A DNA stretch of 59,930 nt, filler included. It is 7 parts of 7 records of this genome, joined end to end, with 100 filler letters (N's around TTAATTAATTAA, not from the genome) between each part and the next. Parts side by side here need not be neighbours in the genome. Positions count along the whole stretch, not along the records: positions 35,097 to 41,844 come from SRR31156797_28957; positions 41,945 to 47,226 come from SRR31156797_28959; 5 more parts are not named here. The stretch is one strand, 5' to 3'. A program made the translations under genes and the position numbers. Shown here piece by piece: positions 37,421 through 47,226 of this stretch (position 1 is the first letter of the stretch; each line of letters begins with the position of its first letter). The notes under the pieces are model-generated. The model saw nothing but the letters and a program-made list of their open reading frames with translations, was not told the origin of the DNA and did no database searches.

Positions 37421-38226
37421 TATTTTACTCCTCCCGATGTCATGCCCTTGATAAAGTACTTCTGGAAGATCAGGAAGACGGCCACCAGGGGAATGATGGA
37501 TATGACGGTCATGGACAGGAGCTTGGACCAGTCCACGTCGTACTGACCGACAAAGTTTGCCAGGGCCAGCTGAAGGGTGTACTTCTTCTGCTTGGCGATG
37601 ACGATAAAGGGCCACAGAAAATCGTTCCACCTCCACATAAAGGAGAAGATGGCCAGGGTGGCGATGATGGGCTTGGCCAGGGGAAGGATGATCCTCCGGA
37701 AGATGAACCACTCACCTCCCCCGTCGATCCGGGCGGCCTCGATCAGGGAGTTGGGTATGGTCATCATGTACTGGCGGGCCAGAAAGATCCCCGTCGGCGT
37801 GGCCGCCGGAGGGATGATGATGCCCCACAGGGTATTCAGCAGGCCCAGATTCTTCTCCAGGATAAATATGGGAACCATGATGACCTGCAGAGGGATCATC
37901 AGGGTGGCGATCATGATAAAGAAAATGGCGTCCCGCCCCTTGAAGATATACTTGGACAGGGCGTATCCGGCCATGGTGTTGATCAGAACGGTGACGAACG
38001 TGGCCGTGACGGCAACGAAAAGGGAGTTGTTGAAGAAGCGGGCGAAATCACCTGTCCTCAGGGCCGCCCTGTAGTTCTCCAGGGTGGGATCGGCGGGCAG
38101 AATGGTCAGAGGATAGGAGAATAGCTCGGACTGGTTCTTCAATGACGAGAGGAAGATCCAGACGATGGGGAAGAAGAAGATCAGGATGAGGAGGACCTTC
38201 AGCCCGCCGCGGATATGCTTATTCAT
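37417..38226 (-). CDS. Carbohydrate ABC transporter permease (MalG-like)
   Basis: EAARIDG and WRWNDFLWP. Confidence 0.93.
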   Translation of the reverse strand: MNKHIRGGLKVLLILIFFFPIVWIFLSSLKNQSELFSYPLTILPADPTLENYRAALRTGDFARFFNNSLFVAVTATFVTVLINTMAGYALSKYIFKGRDAIFFIMIATLMIPLQVIMVPIFILEKNLGLLNTLWGIIIPPAATPTGIFLARQYMMTIPNSLIEAARIDGGGEWFIFRRIILPLAKPIIATLAIFSFMWRWNDFLWPFIVIAKQKKYTLQLALANFVGQYDVDWSKLLSMTVISIIPLVAVFLIFQKYFIKGMTSGGVKY

Positions 38227-39112
38227 TGCTGTACTCCTTTCTGTTCATCCTGAACTGCATTATGGTCAACAGGCCGATCACGACCATCAGGACGATGGCC
38301 ATGGAGGAGGCGTAGCCCATGCGGTCCTCTTCGAAGGCGATCTGGTAGATGGTCTGAACCAGGAATTTGGTGGAGACGCCGGGGCCGCCCTTGGTCAGAA
38401 CGAAGATCAGCTCGAAGGCCTTGAAGGCGTTGATGGTCGCCAGAACCAGGACCACCAGCATGGTGGGGCGGATCATGGGAAGCTTGATCCTGGTGAAGAT
38501 CTGAAAGGGACTGGCGCCGTCGATCTCCGCCGCCTCGAAAAGGCTGTCCGGGATGGCCTGCAGACCGCCTACGAACATAACCATGTAGAATCCGGTCTGG
38601 GCCCATACGGTTATGAAGATCAGGGAGAAATTGGCCATGCCGGGGGTGGTCAGCCATTTGACGCCCTCTCCGCCCGCGAGACGCAGAACGTAGTTGACGA
38701 TGCCGATCTCATCTCCCAGGAGCCATCTCCATATGATGCCGACGATGACAAAGCTCAGCATGGTGGGCAGGTAATAGAAGCCCCGGAAGAAACCCTCAAA
38801 ACGTCCCTGACCGCTCACAAGCAGCGCTACGGCTAGAGCGGAGGCGGTCAGCAGGGGCACCACCAGCAGCACATAGCGCAGGGTATTCCCCAGAGAGCGC
38901 CAGAACATCTCATCTCCCCCCAGCTCCATGAAGTTATGGAAGAGGACAAAGGACTTATCCCCCAGGATGCTCCAGTCATAGAACGCCATCCTCAGTCCCG
39001 ATACGGCGGGCAGGATGATAAAGATGAAAAAGATCAGCATATTGGGCGCCAGAAAGAGCAGAGGGGCCCTGACCTGATGGAAAGAGCTGTGCACCTTCCT
39101 CTGTTTTGCCAT
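38219..39112 (-). CDS. Carbohydrate ABC transporter permease (MalF-like)
   Basis: LFEAAEIDGAS, LTKGGPG and MGYASS. Confidence 0.93.
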   Translation of the reverse strand: MAKQRKVHSSFHQVRAPLLFLAPNMLIFFIFIILPAVSGLRMAFYDWSILGDKSFVLFHNFMELGGDEMFWRSLGNTLRYVLLVVPLLTASALAVALLVSGQGRFEGFFRGFYYLPTMLSFVIVGIIWRWLLGDEIGIVNYVLRLAGGEGVKWLTTPGMANFSLIFITVWAQTGFYMVMFVGGLQAIPDSLFEAAEIDGASPFQIFTRIKLPMIRPTMLVVLVLATINAFKAFELIFVLTKGGPGVSTKFLVQTIYQIAFEEDRMGYASSMAIVLMVVIGLLTIMQFRMNRKEYSNE

Positions 39113-39158
39113 GTGATACTCCTGTTTTGTAATGTGGTGAGTGCGAATCGTCGAAGGG

Positions 39159-39185
39159 GGAGGACCCCGCGATGCGGAGCCCTCC
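39159..39185 (-). terminator. GC-rich stem-loop between the binding-protein and permease genes (partial terminator or mRNA stabiliser)
   Basis: GGAGG..CCGC-gat-GCGG..CCTCC imperfect hairpin. Confidence 0.45.
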
Positions 39186-39203
39186 AGAGACTTATTGTGA
39201 ATA

Positions 39204-40463
39204 TCAGAAAAAGGAATTACCCTTATCGTGAATGTTTTTCGCCGTATCTTCCATGGTCTGGTTTTCCAGGAGCCCCTCGATGATCTGCTCTCTGATATAG
39301 GAGTAGATCTTATTCAGTTCGGGGCTCTTCCAGTCCTGGGCGGTGATGGCGGGGGTTACGGCCAGATCGGCGGCCATGGCATTGAAGTCCTCGTTCCGCG
39401 CGGCATAGGTAATGTTCGCGTCGGTCCTGGCGGACAGGTTGTAGGTTTCTTTGCAGTACATGGCGTTGTGCTTCTGGTCGGAGAAATGAAGCATCAGGTC
39501 CAGGGCGGCGTCCTCGTTCTCGGCTCCCTGGAAAACGCCTACGAACTTGCCGCCCGCAACGGATGAGCGGATCTTTCTCTTGGGCATGTTTACGGCGGCC
39601 CATTCGAAATCCTTGATATCGCTGGTGTACTTGTTGATGACCCAGGAGCCGCCGATATGGCTGGCAACGATCTGTGCCTTGAAGAGTTCCTGGGGATTCT
39701 CGGATCCCATCCATACGGAGCTGGGGACCAGGCCGTCGTCGTGAAGCTTCTTGAAGAAGTTCAGGGCGTCCAGGGCTTCGGGGCTGTCGAAGGCCATCCC
39801 GCTTCCGTCGGCTTTGACGAAGCGTCCGCCCGCTTCGTAGAGCAGGGTGGACCATCTGTGGGGGCTGAAGTCGTAGCCCAGGCCGTACTCGAGGCCGTCG
39901 TTGGCGACCACGACCTTCTTCATGGCGTCGTACCACTGGTCCCAGGTCCAGGTCTTGGAGAGTTCGCGGACATCGATTCCGGCTTTCTCATACATATCCA
40001 CATTGACGATCATGCCGTTGGCAGTGGCCTCGGTGGGAAGGGCCACGAGCTTGCCGTTTCCGTCGGTGGCGAAGGCCAGGGAGGCCTTGTTGAATCCTTC
40101 GACAACGCTGTCGAAGTTGTCTACCCGGTCGTTCAGAGCGACCAGGTTGTCGGCGAACATGGCCACATGGTTGTTGGTGACCCGGGCCAGATCGGGGGGA
40201 TTGCCGCCGGCCACCATCAGCTTCAGCCTCTTCTCGTAGTCGCCGAAGGGGATGAGCTGCATATCGATTTTAACATTGGGATTGGCCGCGAGGTAGTCGG
40301 AGACGGTATTGAGAAAAACCTCGGACTCGTTGCCGTCGTTGAACCACAGAACGGAGAGAGTAAGGTCTTCCGCCTCTGCGGGACCGGCCTCTTCCTGTCC
40401 TCCGGCAGCCCAGAGAAAACCCGTCAGAAACAGAACCATAACCAATAGAATCGGCTTTTTCAT
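39204..40463 (-). CDS. Sugar ABC transporter substrate-binding protein
   Basis: Spirochaete-style signal peptide LWAAGGQEE; AGGNPPDL and VNVDMYEKAG. Confidence 0.9.
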   Translation of the reverse strand: MKKPILLVMVLFLTGFLWAAGGQEEAGPAEAEDLTLSVLWFNDGNESEVFLNTVSDYLAANPNVKIDMQLIPFGDYEKRLKLMVAGGNPPDLARVTNNHVAMFADNLVALNDRVDNFDSVVEGFNKASLAFATDGNGKLVALPTEATANGMIVNVDMYEKAGIDVRELSKTWTWDQWYDAMKKVVVANDGLEYGLGYDFSPHRWSTLLYEAGGRFVKADGSGMAFDSPEALDALNFFKKLHDDGLVPSSVWMGSENPQELFKAQIVASHIGGSWVINKYTSDIKDFEWAAVNMPKRKIRSSVAGGKFVGVFQGAENEDAALDLMLHFSDQKHNAMYCKETYNLSARTDANITYAARNEDFNAMAADLAVTPAITAQDWKSPELNKIYSYIREQIIEGLLENQTMEDTAKNIHDKGNSFF

Positions 40464-40478
40464 TGAACACTCCTTTTA

Positions 40479-40554
40479 ATCAAAACGATTTGATAAAATC
40501 TACCATAAACCCGTTTTTCCCAGAGGTCAAGGAAATTCATCAAATCGATTTGAT
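40479..40554. promoter_or_regulatory. Two LacI-type operators flanking a sigma70 promoter of the sugar operon
   Basis: ATCAAAACGATTTGAT at 40479-40494 and perfect palindrome ATCAAATCGATTTGAT at 40539-40554; minus-strand TTGACC (40530-40525), 17 bp, TATGGT (40507-40502). Confidence 0.75.
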
Positions 40555-40609
40555 TTTTAACAAAAGAACCATCCTCATCAGCTGAAAGATGGTATGCGGT
40601 CCTGTTGCA

Positions 40610-41089
40610 TCAGGATTTCCGGGCCCTCCGGAAGCGCTCTTCCCTGAGGAGGCGCGTAAACTCCCGGTCAAAGCAATCGGCGAATTTCTTCAGCTCCTTC
40701 GGGCCGTAGTTCCTTCCCCGGTCCTGCTCCAGACCGGCCTCTCTCATCATCTGCATAAAATCCCGTTCCGCAAGACGCTCCCTGATATCCGAGGCGGTGA
40801 AGCGGGTGCCCCGGTCGTTGATCACGGTACGCTCCGATTCCACCAGCCTCGCGGCCAGAGGGATGTCCCGCGTGATGACGAGGTCCCCCTTTGCGGCGTG
40901 CCCGGCGATATGGTCGTCGGCGCTCCCCTCCTCCGCCCCGGTGAGGATCATTTCGATCCCCTCGGCTTCGGGCAGGGGAACAGGCCGGTTGGCCACATAG
41001 CGGAGCGGAACCTTCTCATTGGTGCAGCGGGAGTTGAGGAGCTCCCGCACCTGCTTCGGGCAGGAGTCGCCGTCAACCCAGACCGTCAT
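40610..41089 (-). CDS. YaiI/YqxD (DUF188) PIN-like protein
   Basis: MTVWVDGDSCP, SADDHI and DLVITRDIPLAA; ATGA overlap with manA gives start 41089. Confidence 0.88.
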   Translation of the reverse strand: MTVWVDGDSCPKQVRELLNSRCTNEKVPLRYVANRPVPLPEAEGIEMILTGAEEGSADDHIAGHAAKGDLVITRDIPLAARLVESERTVINDRGTRFTASDIRERLAERDFMQMMREAGLEQDRGRNYGPKELKKFADCFDREFTRLLREERFRRARKS

Positions 41090-41844
41090 ACGCGCGGCGC
41101 CCTGGCCAGAAAGGCCCTTCCCGGCCCCTTGAGGGTGCGCTCGCAGGCACCGGCGGGAAGGAAGCAGGCCTCTCCCGGCTTCAGTTCCAGAGAAAGATCC
41201 CCGTCGCTCAGCGCAAGCTCCCCTTCCAGGACCACAAGGATGGAGACCGGATAATCCTCGGCCAGGCTCAGGGAGCCGGCCCCGCATTCCAGCACCACAA
41301 GCTCGAACTCCCGGGAGGGCGTCCTGTAGATCCCGGAACCGTCGGACTGGGCCTCGGGCTTCAGCCTGTCCGCCTTCGAGGGGTGGAACACCAGGGTTTT
41401 CTCCAGCTCGGCCAGGTCCATGTGCTTGGGCGTCAGGCCTCCGCGCAGGACATTGTCGGAGTTGGCCATAAGCTCCACTCCGAATCCCCGCAGGTAGGCG
41501 TGCAGCTCGCCGGCGGGCAGATAGAGGGCCTCGCCGGGCCGCAGGCAGAGGGTGTTGAGATAGAGGGGAGCCAGGATGCTCCGGTCCCCGGGGTATTTGT
41601 CCTGAAGCCTGACGACCCAGCGGCAGGCGTCGTCATCCTGTCCGGCGCACCAGGCGAGGGCCGCCTCCAGAAGGGCGTCCTTATTATCCTCTTCCAGGTT
41701 CATAAAGGAGAGGAAGAAGCCCTTCAGCCGCTCCTCGTCGCTTCCCGAACCGGGGAAGAGACGCTCCCGAAGTCCGTCGGGACACCAGGGACGGAAGTAA
41801 TCCTCCACAGCAGCGGGAGTCCGGAAGCCCTTCATAGCCCAGTA
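41086..41844 (-). CDS. manA: Mannose-6-phosphate isomerase class I (5' end truncated)
   Basis: LRPGEALYLPAGELHAYL and ELMANSDNVLRGGLTPKH. Confidence 0.92.
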   Translation of the reverse strand, partial: YWAMKGFRTPAAVEDYFRPWCPDGLRERLFPGSGSDEERLKGFFLSFMNLEEDNKDALLEAALAWCAGQDDDACRWVVRLQDKYPGDRSILAPLYLNTLCLRPGEALYLPAGELHAYLRGFGVELMANSDNVLRGGLTPKHMDLAELEKTLVFHPSKADRLKPEAQSDGSGIYRTPSREFELVVLECGAGSLSLAEDYPVSILVVLEGELALSDGDLSLELKPGEACFLPAGACERTLKGPGRAFLARAPRV

Positions 41845-41944
41845 NNNNNNNNNNNNNNNNNNNNNNNNNNNNNNNNNNNNNNNNNNNNTTAATTAATTAA
41901 NNNNNNNNNNNNNNNNNNNNNNNNNNNNNNNNNNNNNNNNNNNN
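41845..41944. other. Artificial contig spacer
   Basis: N run with TTAATTAATTAA. Confidence 0.99.
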
Positions 41945-42076
41945 CCCGATGATCTCCTTGATCTTCAGAATGCCGATGCCATACTCCTCTTCGGCCAGGG
42001 AGAAGCTGAGGTATTTTCCTTCCTTTTCGACCATGGCTTTTGCTGTGTTCTCTGTTTCTTTGATTTCTTCTGACAT
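41945..42076 (-). CDS. cheW: CheW chemotaxis coupling protein, N-terminal fragment (not in the ORF track)
   Basis: Manual translation MSEEIKETENTAKAMVEKEGKYLSFSLAEEEYGIGILKIKEIIG; GGAGG RBS at 42090-42086. Confidence 0.85.
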
Positions 42077-42561
42077 TTGAAGGCACCTCCTTTTGATGGG
42101 TATGACTTTTTATCGCTTTATAGAATCCCCCTTGCATCACCCGGTCCGGCGCCACAGCCCTTGCCGCATCAGGGTCACAAGGGCAAGCGATCCCTTTGGA
42201 AACGCATCCGGGAACGGCGTTATCTTCTCGTCAAGGGTGAAAGTGCAATTAAAAACAATTGGAACGCTCATCAAACAGAACGATTGTCATGCCTGCGCTT
42301 TGGAAGAAAAGGATATTTGTCAGTACAATTGATTTGGAGAAGTCAACGATAAGAGATCCAGGGCATCGCTTGAGGTAATGAATTTCGCAAATCCCGATGG
42401 CAGATCATCCTGTTGACAACATTCTAGGCATGATACATAGATTAAACCCCAATATCAAATCATTTATTCGGAACATCCCTATTTTTAAGAAAAAAATACC
42501 GTCCGCCATAATTATCAACGGAGCGCCCGGATTATCTACCCCCTTATTTGACCACAATGAA

Positions 42562-43515
42562 TCACTTCCATGGGGGGAAGACCATGGCCGGCAGGCTGAA
42601 CCGCGGCATTCGGTCAAAGGAGAGAGGGGTGTGGTTGGATATCGCCCCTGCCGCGGCAATCCCGCTTGTTACGGCGGCAAAGATCCCCTCGCCCATGTCA
42701 AGGGTGGACAGGCCTGCGGCATCGCCGACGACAACGGCGTTGCCGATCCTCGGCCGAAGGAAGGGTTGCCTGAGATAGTAGGTGTGGCCCCTGGGCGCGG
42801 GGGGCGCCGACCGGATCAGGCCCTGATGATAAAGGGTGTCAATGAATCGCCGCCAGTGGTCCATGATGGTCCGGCCCTGTTGCCTCAGCCGGGCAAGTTT
42901 TCCGCCGATGCCGATGTTCAGGTAGCCGCCTGCCTTGGGAAGGTACCAGGCATACCCGGGAAGGGAGTCGTGGAACAACCAGATATGGCATCGCCGGTCG
43001 CGGCTGTGGCAAGGATACTCCGCTTCAACGGCGGCGACCAGGGCGTTTTCGCACCGGGGGCGGACAGGATTGAAAAAGGTCTTCCGGACAGGGCAAAAGG
43101 TGCCGCCCGCGCCGATCAGGTAGCGGCAGCTGTAGGTGCCGTCAATGATGTAGCGCCCCTTTTTCCGGATAATGGTTTCGACCTTGTGGGTGCGGACCGG
43201 CACCCCGGCCCTGGCGATCATCCAGGCGTCGAACTCGTATCGCCGGATGGCGTACTGGCAGGTCCTGACAGGGAGGGTACGTCCCCCAAAATGGAACAGA
43301 AGCCGGTCAAACCGGGTCATGGCATAGGGGTACCGCGCCGGTGCAAGGGCAAGCAGGTCAAGCACCCGGGGGGTAATCCATCCGGCACACACCTTGTGCC
43401 GGGGAAACGGCGACCGGTCAAGCACAAGGGTCGGCATCGACCGTTGCTTCAGCTCAAAGGCGCAGGCCGCACCGGCCGGTCCTGCGCCCACAACGATGGC
43501 TTCAAACGCGATCAC
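42562..43515 (-). CDS. FAD-dependent oxidoreductase, geranylgeranyl-reductase-like (TmpA-like)
   Basis: VVGAGPAG, FPRHKVCAG, IRRYEFD, GYAWYLPK and GDAAGL...GEGI. Confidence 0.82.
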   Translation of the reverse strand: MIAFEAIVVGAGPAGAACAFELKQRSMPTLVLDRSPFPRHKVCAGWITPRVLDLLALAPARYPYAMTRFDRLLFHFGGRTLPVRTCQYAIRRYEFDAWMIARAGVPVRTHKVETIIRKKGRYIIDGTYSCRYLIGAGGTFCPVRKTFFNPVRPRCENALVAAVEAEYPCHSRDRRCHIWLFHDSLPGYAWYLPKAGGYLNIGIGGKLARLRQQGRTIMDHWRRFIDTLYHQGLIRSAPPAPRGHTYYLRQPFLRPRIGNAVVVGDAAGLSTLDMGEGIFAAVTSGIAAAGAISNHTPLSFDRMPRFSLPAMVFPPWK

Positions 43516-43527
43516 GGCTACCCCCCC

Positions 43528-44649
43528 TCATGGGATCCGGCATTTCGGCCGGGGTCGCCCCTGTTTGGTCATGACGATCTGCCACAGCTGCATGGTCCTT
43601 GAACGAAATCCCCCGGCCGAGCTCAACAGGTAATAATCCCACATGCGACGGAACCGTTCGCCGTAACTCTTTTCAAGATCCGGCCACGCCCGGGTGAAAT
43701 TATCATGCCAGGCCATCAGGGTCTTGTCGTAATCTTCGCCAAAATTGTGCCAGTCCTCCATGACAAAAAGGCCCTCCATGGCCTTTGCCAGCTGGGAGAT
43801 GGAGGGAATCATGCCGTTTGGGAAAATATACTTGGTGGTCCAGGGGTTGCTGGTGACATTGCTGACATTGCTGCCGATGGTGTGGATAAATGCGATGCCC
43901 TCCTCTTTTAACAGGTCGGAGGCAAGCTTCATGTAAGTGCGATAGTTCTTGTATCCCACATGCTCCATGATCCCGATGGAGACGACCCGATCAAACCGTC
44001 CCCGGGCCTTGCGGAAATCCGCAAGCTCGATGGTAACGGGAAGTCCCCTGCAGTACTCTCTGGCGAATTTTGCCTGCTCCCTGGAGATGGTGTAGCCGAT
44101 CACACGGGTCCCATAATGCTCTGCCGCATACCGCGCAAACCCGCCAAACCCGCAGCCGAGCTCGATGACCTCCATGCCCGGCTCAAGGGCCAGCTTATCA
44201 CAGATCAGCCGCAGCTTTGCCTCCTGGGCCCGGTCAAGGTCAGCGGTATCCTTGAAATAGGCACAGGAGTACTGCATCCGTTTGTCCAGCATCCGCTGGT
44301 AAAGATCGTTGCCAATGTCGTAGTGCACCCTGCCGACCTTAAACGCAAGCCCCGGGCGCTGGAGGTTGAACATCGCCGCCTTGGCGATCTCCCAGGCGGT
44401 GGTCCAGTCCTGCCTCAACCGCTCCCGGATGTTCATGCGCAGGATCTTTTCAAAGAACTGGTCAATGGCGTTGCACTCCCACCACTTGTCCATGTAAGAC
44501 TCGCCAAGGCCCAAGGCCCTCTGGCTCAGCACCCGCTGGTAAAAGCCGTCGTTGTTGACCCTGATATCAAAGGGCCGGTCCCCGTTGACGGTGATGCCTG
44601 CGAACGCCATCAATCGCGATACGGTCTCTTTTTCCCTGTTTCCGGTCAT
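43528..44649 (-). CDS. cfa: Cyclopropane-fatty-acyl-phospholipid synthase-family SAM methyltransferase (Cfa/TmpB-like)
   Basis: HYDIGNDLY, MQYSCAY, ELGCGFGG, EHVG, KYIFPNG and RMWDYYL. Confidence 0.9.
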   Translation of the reverse strand: MTGNREKETVSRLMAFAGITVNGDRPFDIRVNNDGFYQRVLSQRALGLGESYMDKWWECNAIDQFFEKILRMNIRERLRQDWTTAWEIAKAAMFNLQRPGLAFKVGRVHYDIGNDLYQRMLDKRMQYSCAYFKDTADLDRAQEAKLRLICDKLALEPGMEVIELGCGFGGFARYAAEHYGTRVIGYTISREQAKFAREYCRGLPVTIELADFRKARGRFDRVVSIGIMEHVGYKNYRTYMKLASDLLKEEGIAFIHTIGSNVSNVTSNPWTTKYIFPNGMIPSISQLAKAMEGLFVMEDWHNFGEDYDKTLMAWHDNFTRAWPDLEKSYGERFRRMWDYYLLSSAGGFRSRTMQLWQIVMTKQGRPRPKCRIP

Positions 44650-44663
44650 GTTATCGTCCTTCT

Positions 44664-45134
44664 CTATTGAGGTTGTCTGCCCGTGTCGATCTTTTTCTGC
44701 AGAAGCGCAACCAGGGCGTCCTGGTCATTGGTTCCCACGCGAACCGCCCCCTGGGCCATCTGGATCCTTACGCACTTGAATCCCCAGATGTTATAGGTCC
44801 ACCCCCGCCAGGGAATATAGTGGATTCCCCATCCATCCAGGAAGGAGGAGCGTGCCCGGTCCACCCCGGTGATCTCGGAGTAAACAATATAGGCCCTGAA
44901 GACCGGCACGGGACCGAAGATAAGGCTCAGGTGATCCCCGGCGTCACGAACGGTCAATGTGCTGAAAAAAAGGGAGACAAAGAACAAAACCAGGGTCAAC
45001 AGAAACAGGGTGGCCCCTGCCACGGTTCTGTCCGTGAACAGCATGGCGAGGATCATCAGACCAACGCCTGCCGCGGTAAGGGTCCAGCCCAACCATGATC
45101 TCTGGGTATGTTCGTAGCCCATGGTGTCCTCCAA
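44664..45134 (-). CDS. Small membrane protein, unknown function
   Basis: Two TM helices followed by GWGIHY and VGTND; start may be the second Met (MGYEHTQ). Confidence 0.65.
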   Translation of the reverse strand: MEDTMGYEHTQRSWLGWTLTAAGVGLMILAMLFTDRTVAGATLFLLTLVLFFVSLFFSTLTVRDAGDHLSLIFGPVPVFRAYIVYSEITGVDRARSSFLDGWGIHYIPWRGWTYNIWGFKCVRIQMAQGAVRVGTNDQDALVALLQKKIDTGRQPQ

Positions 45135-45282
45135 TGCCCAAAGGTTCCGGGATAAACAGGATCGCCATTCTATTTCTATTGGTGAGTGATGATAAATTGT
45201 AGCATGGAACCGCGATGTTTAAAATCCCTTTTTCGCATTATCGTATATCACTGCGTTTCCTGCGACCTTAGGAACGACACGG

Positions 45283-46845
45283 TCATCTCAGCCCGGATTT
45301 GTCCGCTTCCTTTCTAAGCATCCGGAACAGGGAGACCGCCATGGCGAGAATGACAACGGCAAAGGGCGCGCCGGCGATGATCGAGGCTTTCTGGAGAGCT
45401 TTGAGGCCACCGCCGGCCAGCAGCACCAGGGCCAGGGACCCGATAACGGTTCCCCAGACAAACTTCATGGCGTTGGTGGGCTCGGTCTCGCCGTTGGACA
45501 TCTGCATGGCCACGAAAAACGAGGCCGAATCCGCCGAGGTGATCAGGAAGACGATCAGATTGACCAGCACGATGAAGCAGACAGCGCTGCCCCAAGGATA
45601 GGTGGAAAGCAGCACATAGATCCCCGAGCCCATATCCTGGGCAAGGGCGCCCGCAAGGTCTGCGGCCCCGGTTATCTGGGCGTGCTGGGAGGCGCCGCCC
45701 ACGATACTGAACCAGGCAATGCCCACCAGGGTCGGCACCAGGACAACCCCCAGGGCAAACTCCCTCAGGGTTCTGCCCCGGGAAATCCGGGCCAGGAAAC
45801 CGCCGCAAAAGGGGCCCCAGGAGATCCACCAGATCCAGTAGAAGACCGTCCACCAGTTGAGCCATTCCCCTTTTGTCCCGTTGGCGTCGGTCCACAGGCT
45901 CGTGTAGACAAAATTGCTGACATAGCTGCCCGCGCTCTGAACCATGAGATTCAAAAGATCGGTGGTGGGGCCGGAAAAAAGGATGAACCCGCCCCAGCAA
46001 AAGGCGATGACCACATTGACGGTGGAGAGGGTCTTGACCCCCTTGTCAAGGCCCGACACGGCCGAGAGGACATAGCAAACCATGAGAAAAACCATGAACA
46101 GGAGCTGGCCCGGGATGCCAAGGCCGGCACCGAAGATATGCCGGATACCGGCATTGATGCTGATGATCCCAAGTCCCAGACCCGTGGACACCCCCGCAAT
46201 GGTGGCAAAGGCGGCCAGGGCCTCCACCAGCCGTCCCAGGGGACTGTTGATGATCCTGTCGCCAAAGATACCGTAAAGGGAGATGGAGACGTTCATGGGT
46301 TTTCCCAGGCGATAGGCGGGAAAGGCGATGGCAAGCCCCACCAGGGCAAAGATGGCCCAGGCGTGGACGCCCCAGTGCATGATCACGATCTGGATGGCCA
46401 CCACCCGTGCCCCGGGAGAGCCGGACGGGGCCAGGTAGGGGGTGTTGAGGTAGTGAAGGATGGGCTCGCCCACGGCCCAGAAGGCGTATCCCGCCCCCAC
46501 ACCGCAGCTGAAAAGCATGGCGATCCAGGCAAAGGTGGAGAATTCCGGCCGGTCCTCCTCCCGGCCCAGCTTCAACTCCCCGTACCGGCCAAAGGCGATC
46601 ACCAGGGTGATGATGAGAATCAGGGTGACGGAGAGGATGAAGAACCAGGAAAACCGGGTGGTGATAAAGGTCTGGATGCCCGTCAGGACGGCGTCGAGCC
46701 CCTGGGGCGCGACACAGCCAAAGGTCACGGCGGCAAGGGTGACGGCAAGGGTGACAAGGAAGAGGCGCCGGTCGACCTTTCCCAGGGCCGGGGCGGGGAG
46801 ATGAGGGGCCATGGTTCCCGTTGCGGTTTCAGTATGACGTGTCAT
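45283..46845 (-). CDS. BCCT-family (betaine/carnitine/choline) transporter
   Basis: WIAMLFSCGVG, HWGVHAW, WTVFYWIWWISWGPF.GGFLARISRGRT and TSADS. Confidence 0.93.
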   Translation of the reverse strand: MTRHTETATGTMAPHLPAPALGKVDRRLFLVTLAVTLAAVTFGCVAPQGLDAVLTGIQTFITTRFSWFFILSVTLILIITLVIAFGRYGELKLGREEDRPEFSTFAWIAMLFSCGVGAGYAFWAVGEPILHYLNTPYLAPSGSPGARVVAIQIVIMHWGVHAWAIFALVGLAIAFPAYRLGKPMNVSISLYGIFGDRIINSPLGRLVEALAAFATIAGVSTGLGLGIISINAGIRHIFGAGLGIPGQLLFMVFLMVCYVLSAVSGLDKGVKTLSTVNVVIAFCWGGFILFSGPTTDLLNLMVQSAGSYVSNFVYTSLWTDANGTKGEWLNWWTVFYWIWWISWGPFCGGFLARISRGRTLREFALGVVLVPTLVGIAWFSIVGGASQHAQITGAADLAGALAQDMGSGIYVLLSTYPWGSAVCFIVLVNLIVFLITSADSASFFVAMQMSNGETEPTNAMKFVWGTVIGSLALVLLAGGGLKALQKASIIAGAPFAVVILAMAVSLFRMLRKEADKSGLR

Positions 46846-46907
46846 GCCGGGTCCTTTCCCATGGGGTGGAGGGGACGCCCGGGGCGCCCCCGTGTGTAAA
46901 AATTCGA

Positions 46908-47226
46908 TCAGGCCTTGATGTCGCCGGCCCTGACCGCCTTGAGATAATTCATGCAGAAGCTGTCGTTGCCCTTGATCATGTCCGCGGTTTTCATGGCCGC
47001 CATGATCTCCGTGTCAAGGGGGTCCATGATGGCGGAGTCGAAGCCCACCTTCATCATCATGGCCAGGAAGATGCGGTTGATGATCTTTCGCTGGGGAAGC
47101 CCATAGGAGATGTTGGACAGCCCCCCGGTGGTGTGCACCCCTTCAAGGTCCGTCATGATGGCCGCGACCGCATCCATGGCCATGTTGCCGTTATTGGCGT
47201 CAACGCTCATGGGCTGGATCAGGGGA
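46908..47226 (-). CDS. Methyl-tetrahydrofolate:corrinoid methyltransferase (AcsE/MtgA-like pterin-binding), C-terminal fragment
   Basis: GGLSNISYGLP.RK.IN and DSAIMDPLD. Confidence 0.85.

Noticed and set aside
42090-42300. Possible c-di-GMP riboswitch upstream of cheW
   Set aside because: GC-rich stems are present, but I could not find the GGCAAA...GAAA...GACGCAAAG pattern on the minus strand. An Rfam scan would settle it.
18354-47226. Treating the MttB/corrinoid contig and the methyltransferase/BCCT contig as one pathway locus
   Set aside because: They are separate contigs with visibly different base composition, and nothing shows they come from the same genome.
35097-47226. Many long overlapping or antisense ORFs (e.g. 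36101-37066, 39657-40448, 42397-43602, 45682-46899) and the 37711 start for GH31
   Set aside because: Shadow frames of high-GC coding sequence with no recognisable motifs; the real genes lie on the minus strand.
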